In this document: positions 23,321-37,586 of the stretch, piece by piece
Position numbering within the stretch: the stretch's first letter is position 1
Layout of the letters: each line of letters opens with the position of its first letter
Origin: Anthoceros angustus
Lineage: Eukaryota > Plantae > Anthocerotophyta
Direction: 5' to 3'
Length of the DNA stretch: 64,000 bases
Assembly (NCBI GenBank): GCA_010909165.1
Contig: VJWM01000108.1
Span: forward strand, 434,001 to 498,000
Notes under the pieces: model-generated
The model's input: only the letters and a program-made list of their open reading frames with translations
Told to the model about the DNA's origin: nothing
Database searches by the model: none
Program-made: the position numbers and the translations under genes

Positions 23321-24697
23321 ACGTATATTAATAAATCCACCTCATAAATAAAAAGGAGAATATTGAAAAGAATTCTTTTATGCTATGAGTACATCAAGCA
23401 GTCAAGATACATAAAATATTTGAAAAGAATATTTGAAATTATATTAAACAATAATCTAATCTAGATATATTTTGTATAGATTATTTAATTATTTCATAGA
23501 CAAAGTATTTCATGCACGAAGACTCCACGAGACTCTAGGGGGTGTCTGAGGTGGAGTCTTGTTTAGATTCTTTCCTGACACTGCTTCAAAGACCTAGAGT
23601 AAAATAGGGGCTCCCAAAAGACCTAGAGTAAGATAGGGGCTTCCAGACACTAGCATGGATCTCTCGCCTACACCAACCATTTGGTCTGATTTTTTTAGGA
23701 CATCTCCATATTAGTGGAGGAAGCTAGACTGCAAAAAATCTCCGTCGTAGCCTCATAGACCAACCCACAATTGCAAAGCACCGGCCAAACGGGCTTCGAG
23801 ACAAATTTGAAGGCAATTCACAGAGGGCGTGGTGTCTAGACCGGAAGTGAGTGGCAAGAAACAAACAATTAAGCTGGCTGGACGGACAAACTTGAAAAAC
23901 CCTAGTTAATTCTCAGACACGAAGAGTGGCCGCCCAAACATGTGCTTGCTGCAATGGACCACATTCATGTACATCAATCGGACAAGCCGGGAGTCGCAAA
24001 GCTCAAACCCATATTGAATGCTCATCTCAATTTAGCAAAGCTCTTGAGCACCTAAAGCTTGTCAAAAGAGTAACCTTTTAGGGTTAAATATCCATTTAGC
24101 TTAGGGTTAATTAAGCAACATACTTATATACTCTTGTGCTCCACTTTTAAATCATTCAGTTTTAGCATTGGTTGCTTCTCATCTGCAAGCTTCATCTTCG
24201 CTTCAATGGCGAGTTCAATTTGCTTTGCCTCTTGAATAATTATTAGATCCAGAGTCTTTCGTTTCTTTGCAGCTACCTTGGCAATTGCAAGTTCCTTCGC
24301 CTCGAGAATTTTGGCTAGTCTTTTGTTCTATTGTTGTGTAGCCATATAGCTGCTTTCTCTGCCAATGCTTGTTCCTTTGCTATCACAAACCCATATGATG
24401 TAAGGACGTACAGGTCTACATAACTTTTAATGCTTTCTTTTCTTCCTTGCCTTCATCCTTGTTGAAGGCTATTGAGGCAAGGTTAACAAGCTTGTCATCA
24501 CCCATTCTTGCAATGTGCTTTTGGGGATCGCTGTTATTTTGGGTGGTTTAGAAGATGGAAGGGGCTAGCGACTGTCGCCGATTCAGTTGAGGAGGTCGAT
24601 GGCGAGTCTTGTTGCTGCCGACCTTTGTTGACGAACATAACTCGTTAGCCGCCATGCTTCAAGGTCCCGGCATTAAACCTATAAGCTTCCTCTAAAT

Positions 24698-24790
24698 CAC
24701 TACTAGGAAGAGTAGCCTTTTACAATGGAATTCACACAAGTATTACAATGGCCATTGTAGAATGGCTATTGTAAACACCCCTTAGTAATT
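24698..24790. mobile_element. Possible short CACTA end remnant
   Basis: CACTACTAGGAAGAG is followed by short tacaatgg/ccattgta motifs in both orientations, which resemble subterminal repeats. No clear partner TIR was found. Confidence 0.3.
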
Positions 24791-24829
24791 TGCCTTGTAA
24801 TTTTCTCAAGGTGTATACACTAGAAAAGT

Positions 24830-25770
24830 AGGGAGGGGCTCTCTGTAGCAGTCTAAACTAGACATTTTTATGAGCTTGTCCTTATTAGCATGGCCTAATC
24901 GCGCATGCCAAAGTTGGGCTAACACGGCTTGTGACCGCTCAGGCATACAGGCACTCTTGACAGGTACACAAGACATATATAGCCTACATAGGTTATGTTT
25001 GAGAAGACCCTTTGCTACCACAGAATTTTGTGACCCTATCCTGTGATGTAGCTCCTGAATCCAAGTACCAAGAATCATCATGCTTGGAAGCTGTGGACAG
25101 GAAAACAGTCATCACAACGGGATGCTGGGACCTAAGCTTCCTTTCGGACTCGCGCCACATACTTGGCCCAAACAATCCTTCCCACCCCCCAATTTCACCG
25201 CAGAATGGATCTGCTTGCGACTGACACCAATATGCTTAGCCAGTGTCGGAATCAGATGGTCATCCAGACCCGGCGACAAAATGATATTCCAGAGCGTAGT
25301 TCTAGCTCGCAGGTGATCACCGACCTAAACATCCTTCAAATTCTTACATGTTGTGCTCATATTCCTCATCAAAACAATAAACAACTCTTGATCTTTCGCA
25401 TTCAGTGCCCGGGAAGGCCGAAAGTCCTTCAGCAGAGTAAGCTCTTCAAAAGTACTGTAGATCTCACGGCGGCATTGCACAGAGAACTCACTTGTCATCC
25501 GTAGGAATTGCTCATCCACTTGGACAGCAATTCTTGTGGATGACAACTAGCTAGTTGCTATCGGTGCGAAATTCTGCAGATATCAACCCCCAATGAACTT
25601 GACATAACGCGTTGCATTGTGTGCCAGACGCGCACTCTGCTCGTGGAGGTGGAGGCTGATGTTGTTGTAGCATGCCGATTGCTATATCCAACGCTTGATT
25701 CGTCTTGCGTCTCGTGTGGCTGACAGCTTGCCTCTCCGTGTCGCTTCCTCTCATTAATGCCGACTTCAAG
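24830..25770 (-). mobile_element. Ty1/Copia fragment (gag, protease, GAG-pre-integrase), internally deleted
   Basis: WYLDSGATS (protease, ~25080), LWHARLGHAN (GAG-pre-integrase, ~24900) and UBN2-like gag pieces at 25160-25550. Confidence 0.7.
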
Positions 25771-25799
25771 GTGAGCGGGCCATCATGGGCTGAACTCCT

Positions 25800-26351
25800 T
25801 CAAGCAGGCTTGAGAAACCTCTTCCTTTATGGGCTATTCCTGCACAATCAAGAGTCTTCATCAGCAACAAGTTGGTGAAGGCAGAGTCAAAAAGCTGTAA
25901 GAAAGTATATCGTAATCCAGCCAGCTCTGAAACCTTGCCACACAACGCATCGCGAGTCTAACTTGCGGCTTGCCCTCCTCTATAGGCAACTGCACTAGTT
26001 TTCCCCGGATGTCACCATCCTGGAGAAACAACCAAGCTTTACACATCAATTCAGCACTAGATGCCCTGAATGCATCCCAAAGAATGTGCCTTTGAAACAA
26101 ATAGCAGTCCATAACATGCCTAGGGACAAGCGCACGGACCCAGCCACCTCCTCAACCTTGCCACGGAAGGCATTGCGAGTGAAACTTGCGGCATGCCCTC
26201 CATACTTGAAGCAAATCTGCCCCTGATTTCAAGCAACACCCACAGTGTCCACATTGACGGCAACGGGGGCATGAGACATTGGGCGAAGGAAGTGCGTCCC
26301 TACCTCTCACATCTGTTACGACAAAGACTCTTTTGAGTCATATTCTCCAAC
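25800..26351 (+). pseudogene. Copia gag and protease start, left part of the element split by the CACTA insertion
   Basis: It contains UBN2-like SNLRLALLYRQLH and a zinc knuckle CPH*RQRGHE. It ends in TSHICYDKDSFESYSP, which continues in frame as TTGHQFVLLGDDHNL beyond 43526. Confidence 0.6.
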
Positions 26352-26620
26352 CCCTACTAGAAAAGGCAGCCTATGTTACACTTTATGTTAAGATTTGGAC
26401 CCCCGGATGTAACGCTTATGTTGCAATTTTGGGGTCATGTAACACTTTTTGGGCCGCTTGTTACACTTTGGCTTGGAAACCAAACCGGAGTGTTTGTTGC
26501 AACCATGTTGCAAGTGTGTTGCAATTTTGTTGAGATGAAGTGAGGCGCTTTTGTCCTCTCTCAAGATTGCAACACGGTTGCAACATATAAAGTGTTACAA
26601 GAAAAGTCTTGTAACACTTT
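26352..26620. repeat. Left TIR and subterminal motif cluster of the CACTA element
   Basis: The TIR is followed by many tgttaca/tgtaaca/tgttgca/tgcaaca motifs in both orientations. Confidence 0.85.
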
Positions 26621-26999
26621 TGAGGCTTGGTGAACCTCCTCCCCATCTACCTTCCTCCTTTACTACATTTACCATATAGAATACTTGGTTTCCCCTTATT
26701 ACCTCGTATGAATACATATAAATAAATACATGTATGCATACACCTTAGAATCTTGGTATTGGTAATATACCATATACGATAATTTCCTGACATACGGTTA
26801 TATTTCATTTTGTATAAAACACGATTATCGACACCGCTAACGTCGTCTTGTACACGTCCGGATACTATACTTTGTATTCATCATTGAAAACACATGCGGA
26901 TACATACATCCCACATTTCACCCTGACCTATTTTTGTCTATCCGGTGTCGCGCAACCTACCTTCTCTAGCGGGCATTACGTGCCTGGCTTGTCCCCATG

Positions 27000-29900
27000 C
27001 CCATCGGCTTCTTGCCATGGCTCGCCCACCCTTCTTATCATTTACTACTTTGTCCTTCTAGGAGTTTGCTTTTGCGTGAGGTTCTTTCGCTCCATACAGG
27101 CGCTTCTTCATTTCTAATTTCCTACTCCTCATCGTATGCATGAGAAGGAAACCTCCTACAACCCCCCATTTTGCGATTTTCTTCCTCCCTTCCTCTTGCG
27201 TTCGTCTGACCGGCTTTCCATCGCATCCACCTCCCTTCGATCCTCTTGCACCACAGTACAAACATCGCAGCATGCCCTTGAGACATGCGGCATATAGTGG
27301 TGTGTGACCTTCAGTGCTTACCTTCCCGCACTCTGTTTTCTTATGTACCTCTTGCCCACAATCTGCTCCTTCCATCCTCGCTCTTTCATGGCGGCCCTGG
27401 TCACACGGCCCCCGCTCGATGCCTCGGCACCTCCCCGCTTTCCTCTTCGGCCTCCACCTTTTTTATCGGTGGCGTAGCCTCAATGGGGCCCATTGTGGAG
27501 GTCCATGCTTTCGGATCGGGTCGCCCGGGTATGTGTCGGCACGGTTAGCACGCCCTCAATGTCGTCCCTTCCTCATACTCTGCGCCCTTTGTTGTTTCGG
27601 CGTTGCCATCAAGCTTTGCCCCTCGCCTCTTTCTCCCTCCCTCGAAAATTCCCTCATGGCTGCCACTCGCCTTTTGGCCCCACCACGACCACGCTTGCGG
27701 ACCCCGCCTCTCCTCCATTCGCCCGCCTCTCCCTCTCCCACCCCATTTGTTCACAGCCCCTTGCTGACATATGCCCTTCTTTGGTGACGACATTGCCTCC
27801 CCGCAGCAATTCTCATCCGGCCCTCGATTCCATCCCTCATGTCTTTCACGGCCTCGTCACTCCCTCGACCCCATCTCCGTCCACAATGTGATTACGCCCG
27901 TCACTGGCGGTGATGGGCACCTCCCACACGCCCTTTACCGGCCCGGCTGCCCTCTTGACACACCCTCCTTCCGTGAACCGGCCGCTGATTCCAAGTCCCT
28001 CCCACCGCCCTGGCCAAGGCGCAGCAGCGGTGGCGGTGGTCGTGTCTCACGCGCGCCTCTCCCTACACATCTTCTCACACTCTCGGCATTCACACTATCA
28101 CCGGCATGGTTCCATCACCTTCGGGTGATCGTGGCGTCGTCGGCACCACGATCACATTGCCCGTCATAGCCTCACTGGACACTGTTTCCACCATCTCCAC
28201 CATCCACCTTCGTGGCGGACCAAGCCCTCCTCCCTCCGTTTCTCTTTTGTTCTCCCTCCTCTCTCCCAATGCATTCTACTCCCACCGTCCTCCCTACCCC
28301 CCATCCACACCACCACCTCCTGCAGTGTGCACCTGTCTTCCATCCTTCGTCTCGGAAATGCCACGGATCTGGATCCATCTCCAATTCCATGTCGTTCAAC
28401 AAAATTGTCATCTCCTTGTCCTCCTGGCCATAGCCTGAACCTCAGGGTGGTTGGTTATTCCATGTCTTACCATTGTATGAACTGGGACAGACCCGCCCAG
28501 CATGAGCCGAGGTTGCATGGAGATCGTCCTCTTGATCTCCCAAATTCAGCCTCCTCTTGATTTGGGTACCTCCCATGCTTCTTCTCAAACCGAAGCACCC
28601 ATCCGGCCGCCCTCCCCTTGCCCCAAGGGTTTGGCCCCCCCTCCGTTTTGGCCAGCCTCTCTTTTCGCAAGTTCATACTTGATGGCTCGAACTTCCTGCT
28701 TGCAGCTCCATCCGAGCCTGAGCAAGGGCATCTTCCTCCTCCTCGTCCACCATGCTCGGCTTCTTACCGCTCCTCCCCCCTCCTGCTCCCTCTCTAATGC
28801 AGCGCGCTTTGCGGCCTCCACATCGAGTGCGCTGCGAGTCATTTCGAAGTGTCGGCTTATCTTGGACTTCACCACCGGTCGGGAAGGCTTGACACCGATT
28901 TCACTAACGTCCCTTCTCCCCTCGGGCGTCGCGCCATCTTGCCATGTTCCCAGTTCATTCACAACCTTTGTCCTCACCAGTTTCTGACTCTTCGTGCCTT
29001 GCTTCGAACAACATCGGATTCCCTTCCCTTCCTCCTTTGCTTTTGCATTGCCTCCTTCACCATTTCACGCCATTCCTTTTATCAAAAGGTCACAAGTGCA
29101 TCGTTGTCCACCTCAGACACCACTCCATCGCATCCGGTTCACACCCTCCTCTCCCTTGTCATCACACCTCCCCTTGGCGAACCGCCGCCATTCCTCATCC
29201 AGTTCTTGTCGTTTGTGCGCGGTCGGACCACCCCAGCGGGTTGCCACCTGTCCTCGGTTTTCGGTTGCCTTCGCGGTCCCAACCACCTCCCGTGTTGCCA
29301 TGGGCTGCCTCCACATGTCTGCTTTGATGAGCAGTGCCGGCATGCCAAGCAAGGTGCACGCGTCCATAAGCCGGCATCAACGTGTGTACAAATTGAACAA
29401 GGCGTTCTTGTCAATCGGTCTCGAAACACCCACCTCATCGATAGCAAAGCATCGTCACGCTGCGTTCAATTCGACGCAATGCTCCAAGTCCGGTCGGTGG
29501 GATATTCCACGTCTCCATGTCCTCAAATCGCCATTGGTTGGCTGCCATGTTCCTTGTCCTCACAACTCTCGTGTGTCTATGTGCGGTGGCTGGTGAGGCG
29601 CGCCTTTCGGATCGGAGGTGTTAGGTGGGTGGGTGGATGGCGAGGTAGCTCGAGGCTTGCTTGCCTCTCATCCTCCCCACCCACCTACGGATAGGCGTCG
29701 GCGGCGGCGTCGGCGCCGCCGGATGGTGCTCTAGCGGGGTATCGATGTCGCAAACTCGGCTTCCGCCCGCCTTCACATCCATTGCCCGTTCGTGGCGCCA
29801 CGCGCCATCTTGAAGGCATTGGCTTGCCCCTTCGATAGTTGCCAAGCCAAGGTGCCAAAATTCAAAGCTCTTCATATGGAAAGCCTTTGTTTGCAAACTC

Positions 29901-30000
29901 GTCGGCCGGTCATTAAGCTTACGGAATCGGCGTCCTCACATGCCCTTTCTCGCGTCATAATGACTAGTGTTTTATATTACGACAACTTGTAGTCCCTTGC
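27000..30000 (-). pseudogene. Probable second CACTA ORF (TnpA position), frameshifted
   Basis: GC-rich coding-like sequence lies downstream of TnpD on the same strand, e.g. PVVKSKISRHFEMTRSALDVEAAKRAALER (28585-28977). The call rests on position; no domain was recognised. Confidence 0.35.
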
Positions 30001-30779
30001 CCACAATTGAGTGCGGATCTAGACGGTCATCATTGCATATTGCCGATGTCGGTGTCGTCATATGAACACCGCCATCAAGACCACGGTATTTAGTCAGCGT
30101 TAGTTCTGTCTTCCATTGGAGCCACATTCGTTCAGAGTCGGAGGTTACGCCCCATCTTCGTAGTGTCACGTTGGTTCGTCTTCCAATGGAGCCACATTAC
30201 GTTCGTCGTGGTCCGGAGGTTACGCCCCATCCTCGGCGTCCATAGGCCACATGCCATGCGCTATGGCTCCGTCCACTCGCTCCGTGTCCCTCCATCCTCG
30301 CCGGTGTACGCAGCGATGGCCCATATGTTTCATCCCGTCTCCGGATGCGGCATACGCTGCGTCACTGCGATGGCGGACAAACGGACCATCTATTGAGCGC
30401 ACACACACAAACTTTCTCCGTATTTACAATGTCAAATCCGATTATCGACTTTCGCATCGATGGCCTTGTCCCTCTGGTGACACTCGTACCATCTAACCTT
30501 CAACAAAATTGGCTTAAAATCACGAGAGCTGCGGTAGTATTTGTTCTATGTGCCGTGAGCAGGCGCTCCTCTTCAATGTCGCCGCCACTGCCCCGATCAT
30601 GAGAAACTTGCGCCACCGCACCTTTGTACTCCGGCGTTTGTCGCCTCCTTTATTGAGGTGGCGCCTTTGTTCCACATGTGGCTATATGCCACCGCTGCAA
30701 CGCAGCCCATCCATGATTGCGGTCACTTGGGTCATGCAAGGATGCCCATCCCATGCGTTCGAGCCCTTCTTCCATATAT

Positions 30780-32240
30780 CCGCTCGAAAGTCCGTCGACC
30801 ATCCGTTACCGTTTGTCCTAACTTCTTCCTCGTACATGTCCAAGAACGGTGCAGCACCTCGTGATACAACACATATGTTGCTGGCGTGCCTCCACGGCAT
30901 CCATAATGCACGGCCGACACCCAAAGCACCTTCTCCCCATACGTTCATCTGGTCCATGCTTCTCCCACGTGGCGTAATAGCGGAGAAATGTCATGCCGAA
31001 ATGCAAACTCTCCTCACGCATGTACCCCACGCTATCTTTGGACTCGGGTCTCGCCGCTTCCGCTTCCTGGATCCTAAATACCTCTCCACGGGTACATCCA
31101 CCTAGTGTGAATCGGCCCAAAGCGGCCACCTCGTCCACTAAGTGTAATATGAGGTGGGTTGATATATCAAACATCTTGGAAATTGCTTCTCGAGAGCACA
31201 TTACCCTCACTTGCCTCTTGTGTGCTTGGATGTCCCGACTCGGTATCGTCTGGCAAATCCACCGTCTCGAAAGTCCGTCGACCATCCTGCACCGTTTGTC
31301 CTAACTTCTTCCTCGTACATGTCCAAGAACGCAGCACCTCTGTGATACAACACATATGTAGCGCTGGCGTGCCTCCACGGCATCCATAATGTATGCACGG
31401 CCGACACCCAGCACCTTCTCCCCATACGCTCATCTGCTCCATGCTTCTCCCACGTGAGCGTAATAACGCGGAGAAATGTCATGCCGAAATGCAAACTCTC
31501 CTCACGCATGTACCCCACCGCTATATCGGACTCGGGTCTCACTACCGTCGCCCGCTTCTCGGATCCTAAATACCTCTCCACCGGGTACATCCACCTAGTG
31601 TGAATCGCTAAAGCGGCCACCTCATCCACTAAGTGTAATATGAGGTGGGTTGATATATCAAACATCTTGGAAATTGCTTCTCGAGAGCACATTACCCTCA
31701 CTTGCCTCTTGTGTGCTTGGATGTCCCGACTCGGTATCGTCTGGCAAATCCACCGTCTCGAAAGTCCGTCGACCATCCTGCACCGTTTGTCCTAACTTCT
31801 TCCTCGTACATGTCCAAGAACGCAGCACCTCTGTGATACAACACATATGTAGCGCTGGCGTGCCTCCACGGCATCCATAATGTATGCACGGCCGACACCC
31901 AGCACCTTCTCCCCATACGCTCATCTGCTCCATGCTTCTCCCACGTGAGCGTAATAACGCGGAGAAATGTCATGCCGAAATGCAAACTCTCCTCACGCAT
32001 GTACCCCACCGCTATATCGGACTCGGGTCTCACTACCGTCGCCCGCTTCTCGGATCCTAAATACCTCTCCACCGGGTACATCCACCTAGTGTGAATCGCT
32101 AAAGCGGCCACCTCATCCACTAAGTGTAATATGAGGTGGGTTGATATATCAAACATCTTGGGGAAATTGCTTCTCGAGAGCACATTACCCTCATCGCCTC
32201 TCTTGTGCTTGGATGTCCCGACTGGTATCGTCTCCGGCAA
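30780..32240. repeat. Tandem triplication, period ~491 bp, of the DUF4218 segment
   Basis: ccactaagtgtaatatgaggtgggttgatatatcaaacatcttgg occurs at ~31135, ~31626 and ~32117. The ORF track shows identical ORFs offset by 491 bp (31159/31650, 31167/31658). Confidence 0.92.
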
Positions 32241-32379
32241 ATCCACCGAAGGCCCTAGCTTTACAACCGCCTTGTACACCTCGGCTCTATGCACCCCGGA
32301 GCGATGGGGAATATGATTTCCAACATAATGTGCCGTCATGGCATTTCAGTACCAACTTTCCGCTTTCCACCTTAGTGCT

Positions 32380-33190
32380 ATGTTGGACCCATAGCCGTAG
32401 GCGCAGCGTTTAATGCCCTCAATCACGGTCTTCAAGTCGATTTGGACAAAGCGTCGGCGCTGCGGGTATTGGCCATCGTCACCTCACAACCATCTTTTCC
32501 CCGCGCTACTTCCATGTCCATGCGCGAAGCAATGTCATCTCCCGTCGGCGTGTGCCATATGGCCTCTGCATTGTTTTTTCCACGTGCATCACATCCTTTG
32601 GCGCCCACACAAGCATGTGGCGCCAGGATGGCGAGACTACGAACAAGGACGACATTCTCACGGTTCCAAAGTTGCCCGGACGGGCGTCTGCGGTGTCGCT
32701 TCTGCGTGCCATATCCGTCACAATATCATCGAGCGTTGGCGGCTTTGGTTTGGGTCGGAGGTCCGCCATCCATCAAACCAATGCATCCTCCCCATCCACC
32801 TTAGCTATGTTGGACCCATAGCCGTGGGGGCCTTGATGCGTTTAATGCCCTCAATCACGGTCTTCAAGTCCGATTTGGACAAACGACGGCGCTGGTATTG
32901 GCCATCACACCCACAGCCACAACCATCTTTTCCTCCGCTTGCTTCCATGTCCATGCGCAATGTCATCTCGCCTCCCGTCGTGTGCCATATGGCCTCTGCA
33001 TTGTTTTTTCCACGTGCATCACATCCTTTGGCGCCCACACAAGCATGTGACGCCAAGATGGCAGACTCACGAACAAGGACGACATTCTCGGTTCCAAAGT
33101 TGCCCTACCGACGGACGTCTGTGTCGCTTCTCGCGTGCCATATCCGTCACAATATCATCGAACGTTGGCGGCTTTGGTTTGGTCGGAGGT
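32380..33190. repeat. Tandem duplication, period ~433 bp, in TnpD
   Basis: gcgtttaatgccctcaatcacggtcttcaagtc occurs at ~32406 and ~32838. Confidence 0.85.
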
Positions 33191-36100
33191 CCACCCATCA
33201 AACCAATCGCATCCTCCCACACATGCCACCGGTAGCCACCGACGCGATCCGACATAAGCGGGCTTTTCAAATCTGGAATAGCGAGAATCAAGGTCCGGCG
33301 AGATCGACACACGCTCGCTTCCTCTCACTTGCAATCCGGTGAGGGTACCCAACCCCGGTGTCGGCAATGATGTGCGAACATTGCGGCGTAACGAAATGCC
33401 TCTTAGGATGGTTTCGGCATTGAGAAATCTTCCATCTCCACCCCTCCATAACTCTTGAGTTCATCTACCGGTGCCATGTACACATCGAAATTTTTAACCA
33501 TCCCGGCCCCACAATCGAGGCATGATGACATGCGTCCTTTGTCTTGGCCAAGGTGGCATGTTGTGCACAAATACCAAAACCGGCCATATGGGCGTGTTTG
33601 CGGACACAGCCAAGCAGGTTGAACGTCATGGATAATGCTAACCTCAAGTTCCTCGGCTCGCCATCGAAACCATCAAGCATCTAGTGCTCTCCATGCCGGG
33701 TATCCGCCATCATGGACATGTCCCCATTCTCGCTTTGCCTCCCGACATACCAAGTCATCAAGCTGCTATTTCCGCCATTGAAACATGCGTTTGATCGCGG
33801 TTTCAAGGGAAAATGCGGAGGACCTTAGGACTCAGGCCCGTTCATCAAACCCATCCTCGAACGCGTCCCACACTTTGGGCAATGGTTGCGCCCCGTGACA
33901 ATGTAACGCATTTTCTCACAAGCATGGATTTTCTCATATCTCGGGGCCAAATAGGTTAGATGACTTGGCCTCGTACATGTCCTTGATGCTCGTTGGGCAA
34001 AAATCCACACTTAAGATCTTTAAGAGGGCTGTTAATGCGGCGTCGATGTCAAACATGGTTTGCCAGACAACAACAACGATGTGGCGCTTAGCGGCTCTCT
34101 TCGCTTTCACCGCTTTGTTCACCGGTATAAAGGTCTCGCCGCGACAAGCGGATTACGTCGCGGTTCCCTCCGTGCCAAGTGCATGATCGATTGCTTCCGG
34201 CAAATCGTCCACAGTGCATATGAGGTACCTCTTCACATCCGTTCCCTCGTCCATGCTCTCCACGCCGGGCGCCACTTTGGTCGCCCCATTGCCTTCGTCT
34301 CGCATTTCATACTCCTCGGAGCCGTTTCCGTATCCGTGCGGTGGAGAGAGCCTTCAAGGCCTCCGCCACCGTCGATGTCCAAACTTGGCTCCACTGCGGA
34401 TAAACCTCGAATGCAAATTAGAGAGCAATGGGCGAGCCATGAGCTTCTGCCCGAGCCGTGGCAGTACGCATAAAGTGCGATCTTGAGATGTCGCTGGAAT
34501 CCGCCGGAGGTCGCCACACCCGCGGCATGGACAAAAACTAAACCTCATTTGCAAATCGGGCATCTTGCACGTGGTCCCGTGTCGACCTGGCGGCAATCGG
34601 CGCACGGCACGGGCAACCTATGAATGCGAGACTCGCCGTGAATTCATGTCCAATTCACAACGACCATCAGACACGCTTGTAGGTGTGCATCACGCAGCGA
34701 CGCTCACCTCCAAATCGAGAACCGGTCCTTCAACATTAGAGCACCTCGAGCATCGACGCGCGACGATGAGTCCGTCGATGGCGGAGAGGAAGTACGGTTG
34801 TGGATTCACGCCATGTTCATCCCGGTGAGAGGCGGATGGGATGAATCATTGCATTGGCGGGATGTCACGGGCCTGAATAAACACTCCGACATTGAGCGCT
34901 CGGTAGCGTGGTGAGGTGACGGCTATTGAAAGGAGGAGATGAGCAAGCGGCTAGCGGTGGCGGCAGCGGTCGGCTCTTGTCTACATGACATGAGTCATTG
35001 CACTTGCAAACATGTGTTCTGGGCTAAAACAGATGCCCCACCTCCTTCACAATTTTACATTCAAACCCGACGGGAAGCGGTTGCATTGAAAGGAAGCGGA
35101 AGATGCTCAGCACGAGGCGCGCCCATCCTTGCTGCAGGCCACCTCCTTGATTTGCACTTCGTCCATAGCGAGGATAGTGTTGAGCTCATGCTCTCAAAGT
35201 CTCTATACAACTCCCATGTTGCGTGCGCCATTGCGGTGAAAGGCGGTGCACCGGTGGCGCCGCGTGTTCCATGCTCTCTTCGCCCCCAAGTCCATTCTTG
35301 AGGTGTGTGTAAGCCATAGTGGCGCCGGATGTGAAGCCCCACAACGCTTTGTTCTATCCGAAACAATCGACTCAAGTTACGCAAATCCTCCACGGATCGT
35401 GGCCTGCAAAAGTGTAGCTCCGGTATGCCTCTTCCTCCCATTGGGAAATTGCTGCAGTTACGCGCGCCCGGCGCGTGGGGCGACGGCGCCGTCCCAAAGC
35501 GAATCCTCCCCGGCTTCCCTCTCCCTTATGCATGGTCGGTGAAGGCGGGGGGAGTGTTGTGTGCAGCTGCCTTCCCCTTCCCTCTCAACCTCCCTTTCGC
35601 CTTCAACTTTCGAGGCTTGCGAAAGTCCCCGCCTTCGTTTCCACCTCGATCCATCACGGTTTGGAGGCGAGACACTTGTATAGTTTGTCATGCAATACTA
35701 TCCGGAGGAGGGCAACGCCGATGGCAAAGGATCCCAAAGTTTGTGAATCCATATGGCATCCATCGGCTGCAGTGCACGATTGACACGTCAAACATAAGTG
35801 GCGTGGGTGGCGGTGACATGTCATGTCGCCGCTCACGGTATGGATGGGCACCAACCCCTATCCATCCATTCCGAAGTGGACATGACAGTCATCGACTTTT
35901 ATTGCGGTGTTGATGAGTAGTACACGTGGTACAAATGGAGGAATCACATTTCCCAACGCCGCCTTTAAGAATGGTGAAGTATACCCGAATGTGAGGTATA
36001 ACTGCCCCAACACGGCGGTGTCATGCCCAAGAGGCAAAAGCGGCCGGTGCCAAGCCCTCGTCGCCGTGGCGTGGGGGAGAGCAACCTCCGTCCATCGCGC

Positions 36101-37586
36101 CGATGGCCATCGCCGAATGAGGAAGGCTGCGGCCCTCTTCCTCGATGGCCATCGTCGGTTCGCGGCCGTGTGGCGCGACAATATCCACACAATCGCAATG
36201 TTGCAAGCAACATCGAAGGTGAGGAAATGAACGTTTGAGCAACATATAAAGAAATCCAAACATCCACGAGGTTGAAGAAATGATAACAGTCACACGGCTT
36301 GTGAAGCGAGGTTGACAAGCGATTTGTGCCCGACACCTTCCATGCCACATGAGGTTGGATACCATGCGCCACTCCGTGACCATTGTGAGACTTCACATTG
36401 CCACCCCAATGGCGGATTCCCAGTTGCATGCACACGAAGACCGCCCCACTAAGATGGGCGAGGTGACCTCCATGCGCTTGGGGTCCTTGATGGCCATCGG
36501 CGTAGGGGCGGGTGTGCACCGGAGATGGAGAGAACAACAAACCAATGGTGGTTCTCGGTTCGATCACGAGGCGCCCTCAAGCAGTTGGTTTCCTACACAT
36601 GCCCATGGCAATTGCGACGGATGAAGAGAGGAGGAGAGGGCAAGGGTTGGGAGTTGTGCGGCCTCCTCGACTATTCCACAAGGCGACCGCATGCTTGGAG
36701 GAGCAGATCGCCACAACCATGAAGCGGAGGCCGGCAAGGTCATTTAAACCGTGCATGCGGATGAGGGCCGCCGTCCACCAATTGTCGTCATGGCGAATGG
36801 AGGAAGCAGTCGAGGAATCTTTCATGTCGACCGTTCTGTAAAAGCGGGCATGGCGAGCTTTCCGCTATCGATTTCCATGAATGACCACTATTGCAAGTTG
36901 CAATGAGGATGGCGGTCGGTTAGTGCGGGCATAGAGTGGCGATTCCAATGCCGGTGCTCTCTGCGTGATATGAAAAAAGGCCTGGCGTCCGTCTTCCCGG
37001 TGGCGTGAGGGTTGTCGTCATTGCGATTTTCACAATTTCATGTGTCATCCTCCGCCATGTCTCCTAGTTGATGGTCGGGACTGGCGATCTGCTCCCGGAC
37101 ATTATGCTTGCGATTGATGGCGATCAGATCTTATTTGCGGATCTGGTGGTTGCGCATCTCTCTTAGGCTGGTCAAAGAGGAGCGAGCTCGACAAGTGCCA
37201 TGCCGTGTGCGAAATGATGATCACGGTCTTCCTTACATCACGGGACATGGCGCCAAATGCTACCGTCACCATCACTTATTGGCAATGGCGCACGGTGTGG
37301 ACATTAGCGGTATCTTCACTTTGATGAAGGCAACCAAGTCAAGTGGGTTTCAAGTAGGATACATCATAGGGTTCGACCTACCACTTGTCCTTTTGTCATG
37401 GCATAATGTATGCGGGCCATGTACTTGCAAGGATCATAATAGGCAGATGGGCGATGTTTATTGCCATTGTGGTTATAATGTCCGCCCGCAAAGGAAAAGG
37501 GAAACAATGTAGGTGGCTCTGGATGATCTCCGCCTCTTTCCCTCCTCCACCCGTCACCACAAGGTTACGACGGGAGTGAAATAACT

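Larger units (their letters stand above)
30100..35450 (-). pseudogene. CACTA TnpD/TNP2 transposase (transposase-associated domain, Transposase_21, DUF4218, DUF4216 region), frameshifted
   Basis: RNLSRLF..VGLHIRRHYG..EWTW at ~35400-35250 (transposase-associated domain). DGFDGEPRNLRLAL at ~33670 (Transposase_21). FDISTHLILHLVDEV..HTRWMYPVERYLG..RPESDIAVGYMREESLHF (DUF4218). Confidence 0.87.

Noticed and set aside
27058-27375. Ankyrin repeat (GHTPLYAACLKG) captured in the CACTA
   Set aside because: It is a single isolated motif in a low-complexity frame with no neighbouring repeats, so probably chance.
35907-36230. Pogo/Tc5 DDE_1 transposase (LFLDGH motif)
   Set aside because: The diagnostic downstream LPP.T.H.LQPLD motif is absent, and the similarity is too weak.
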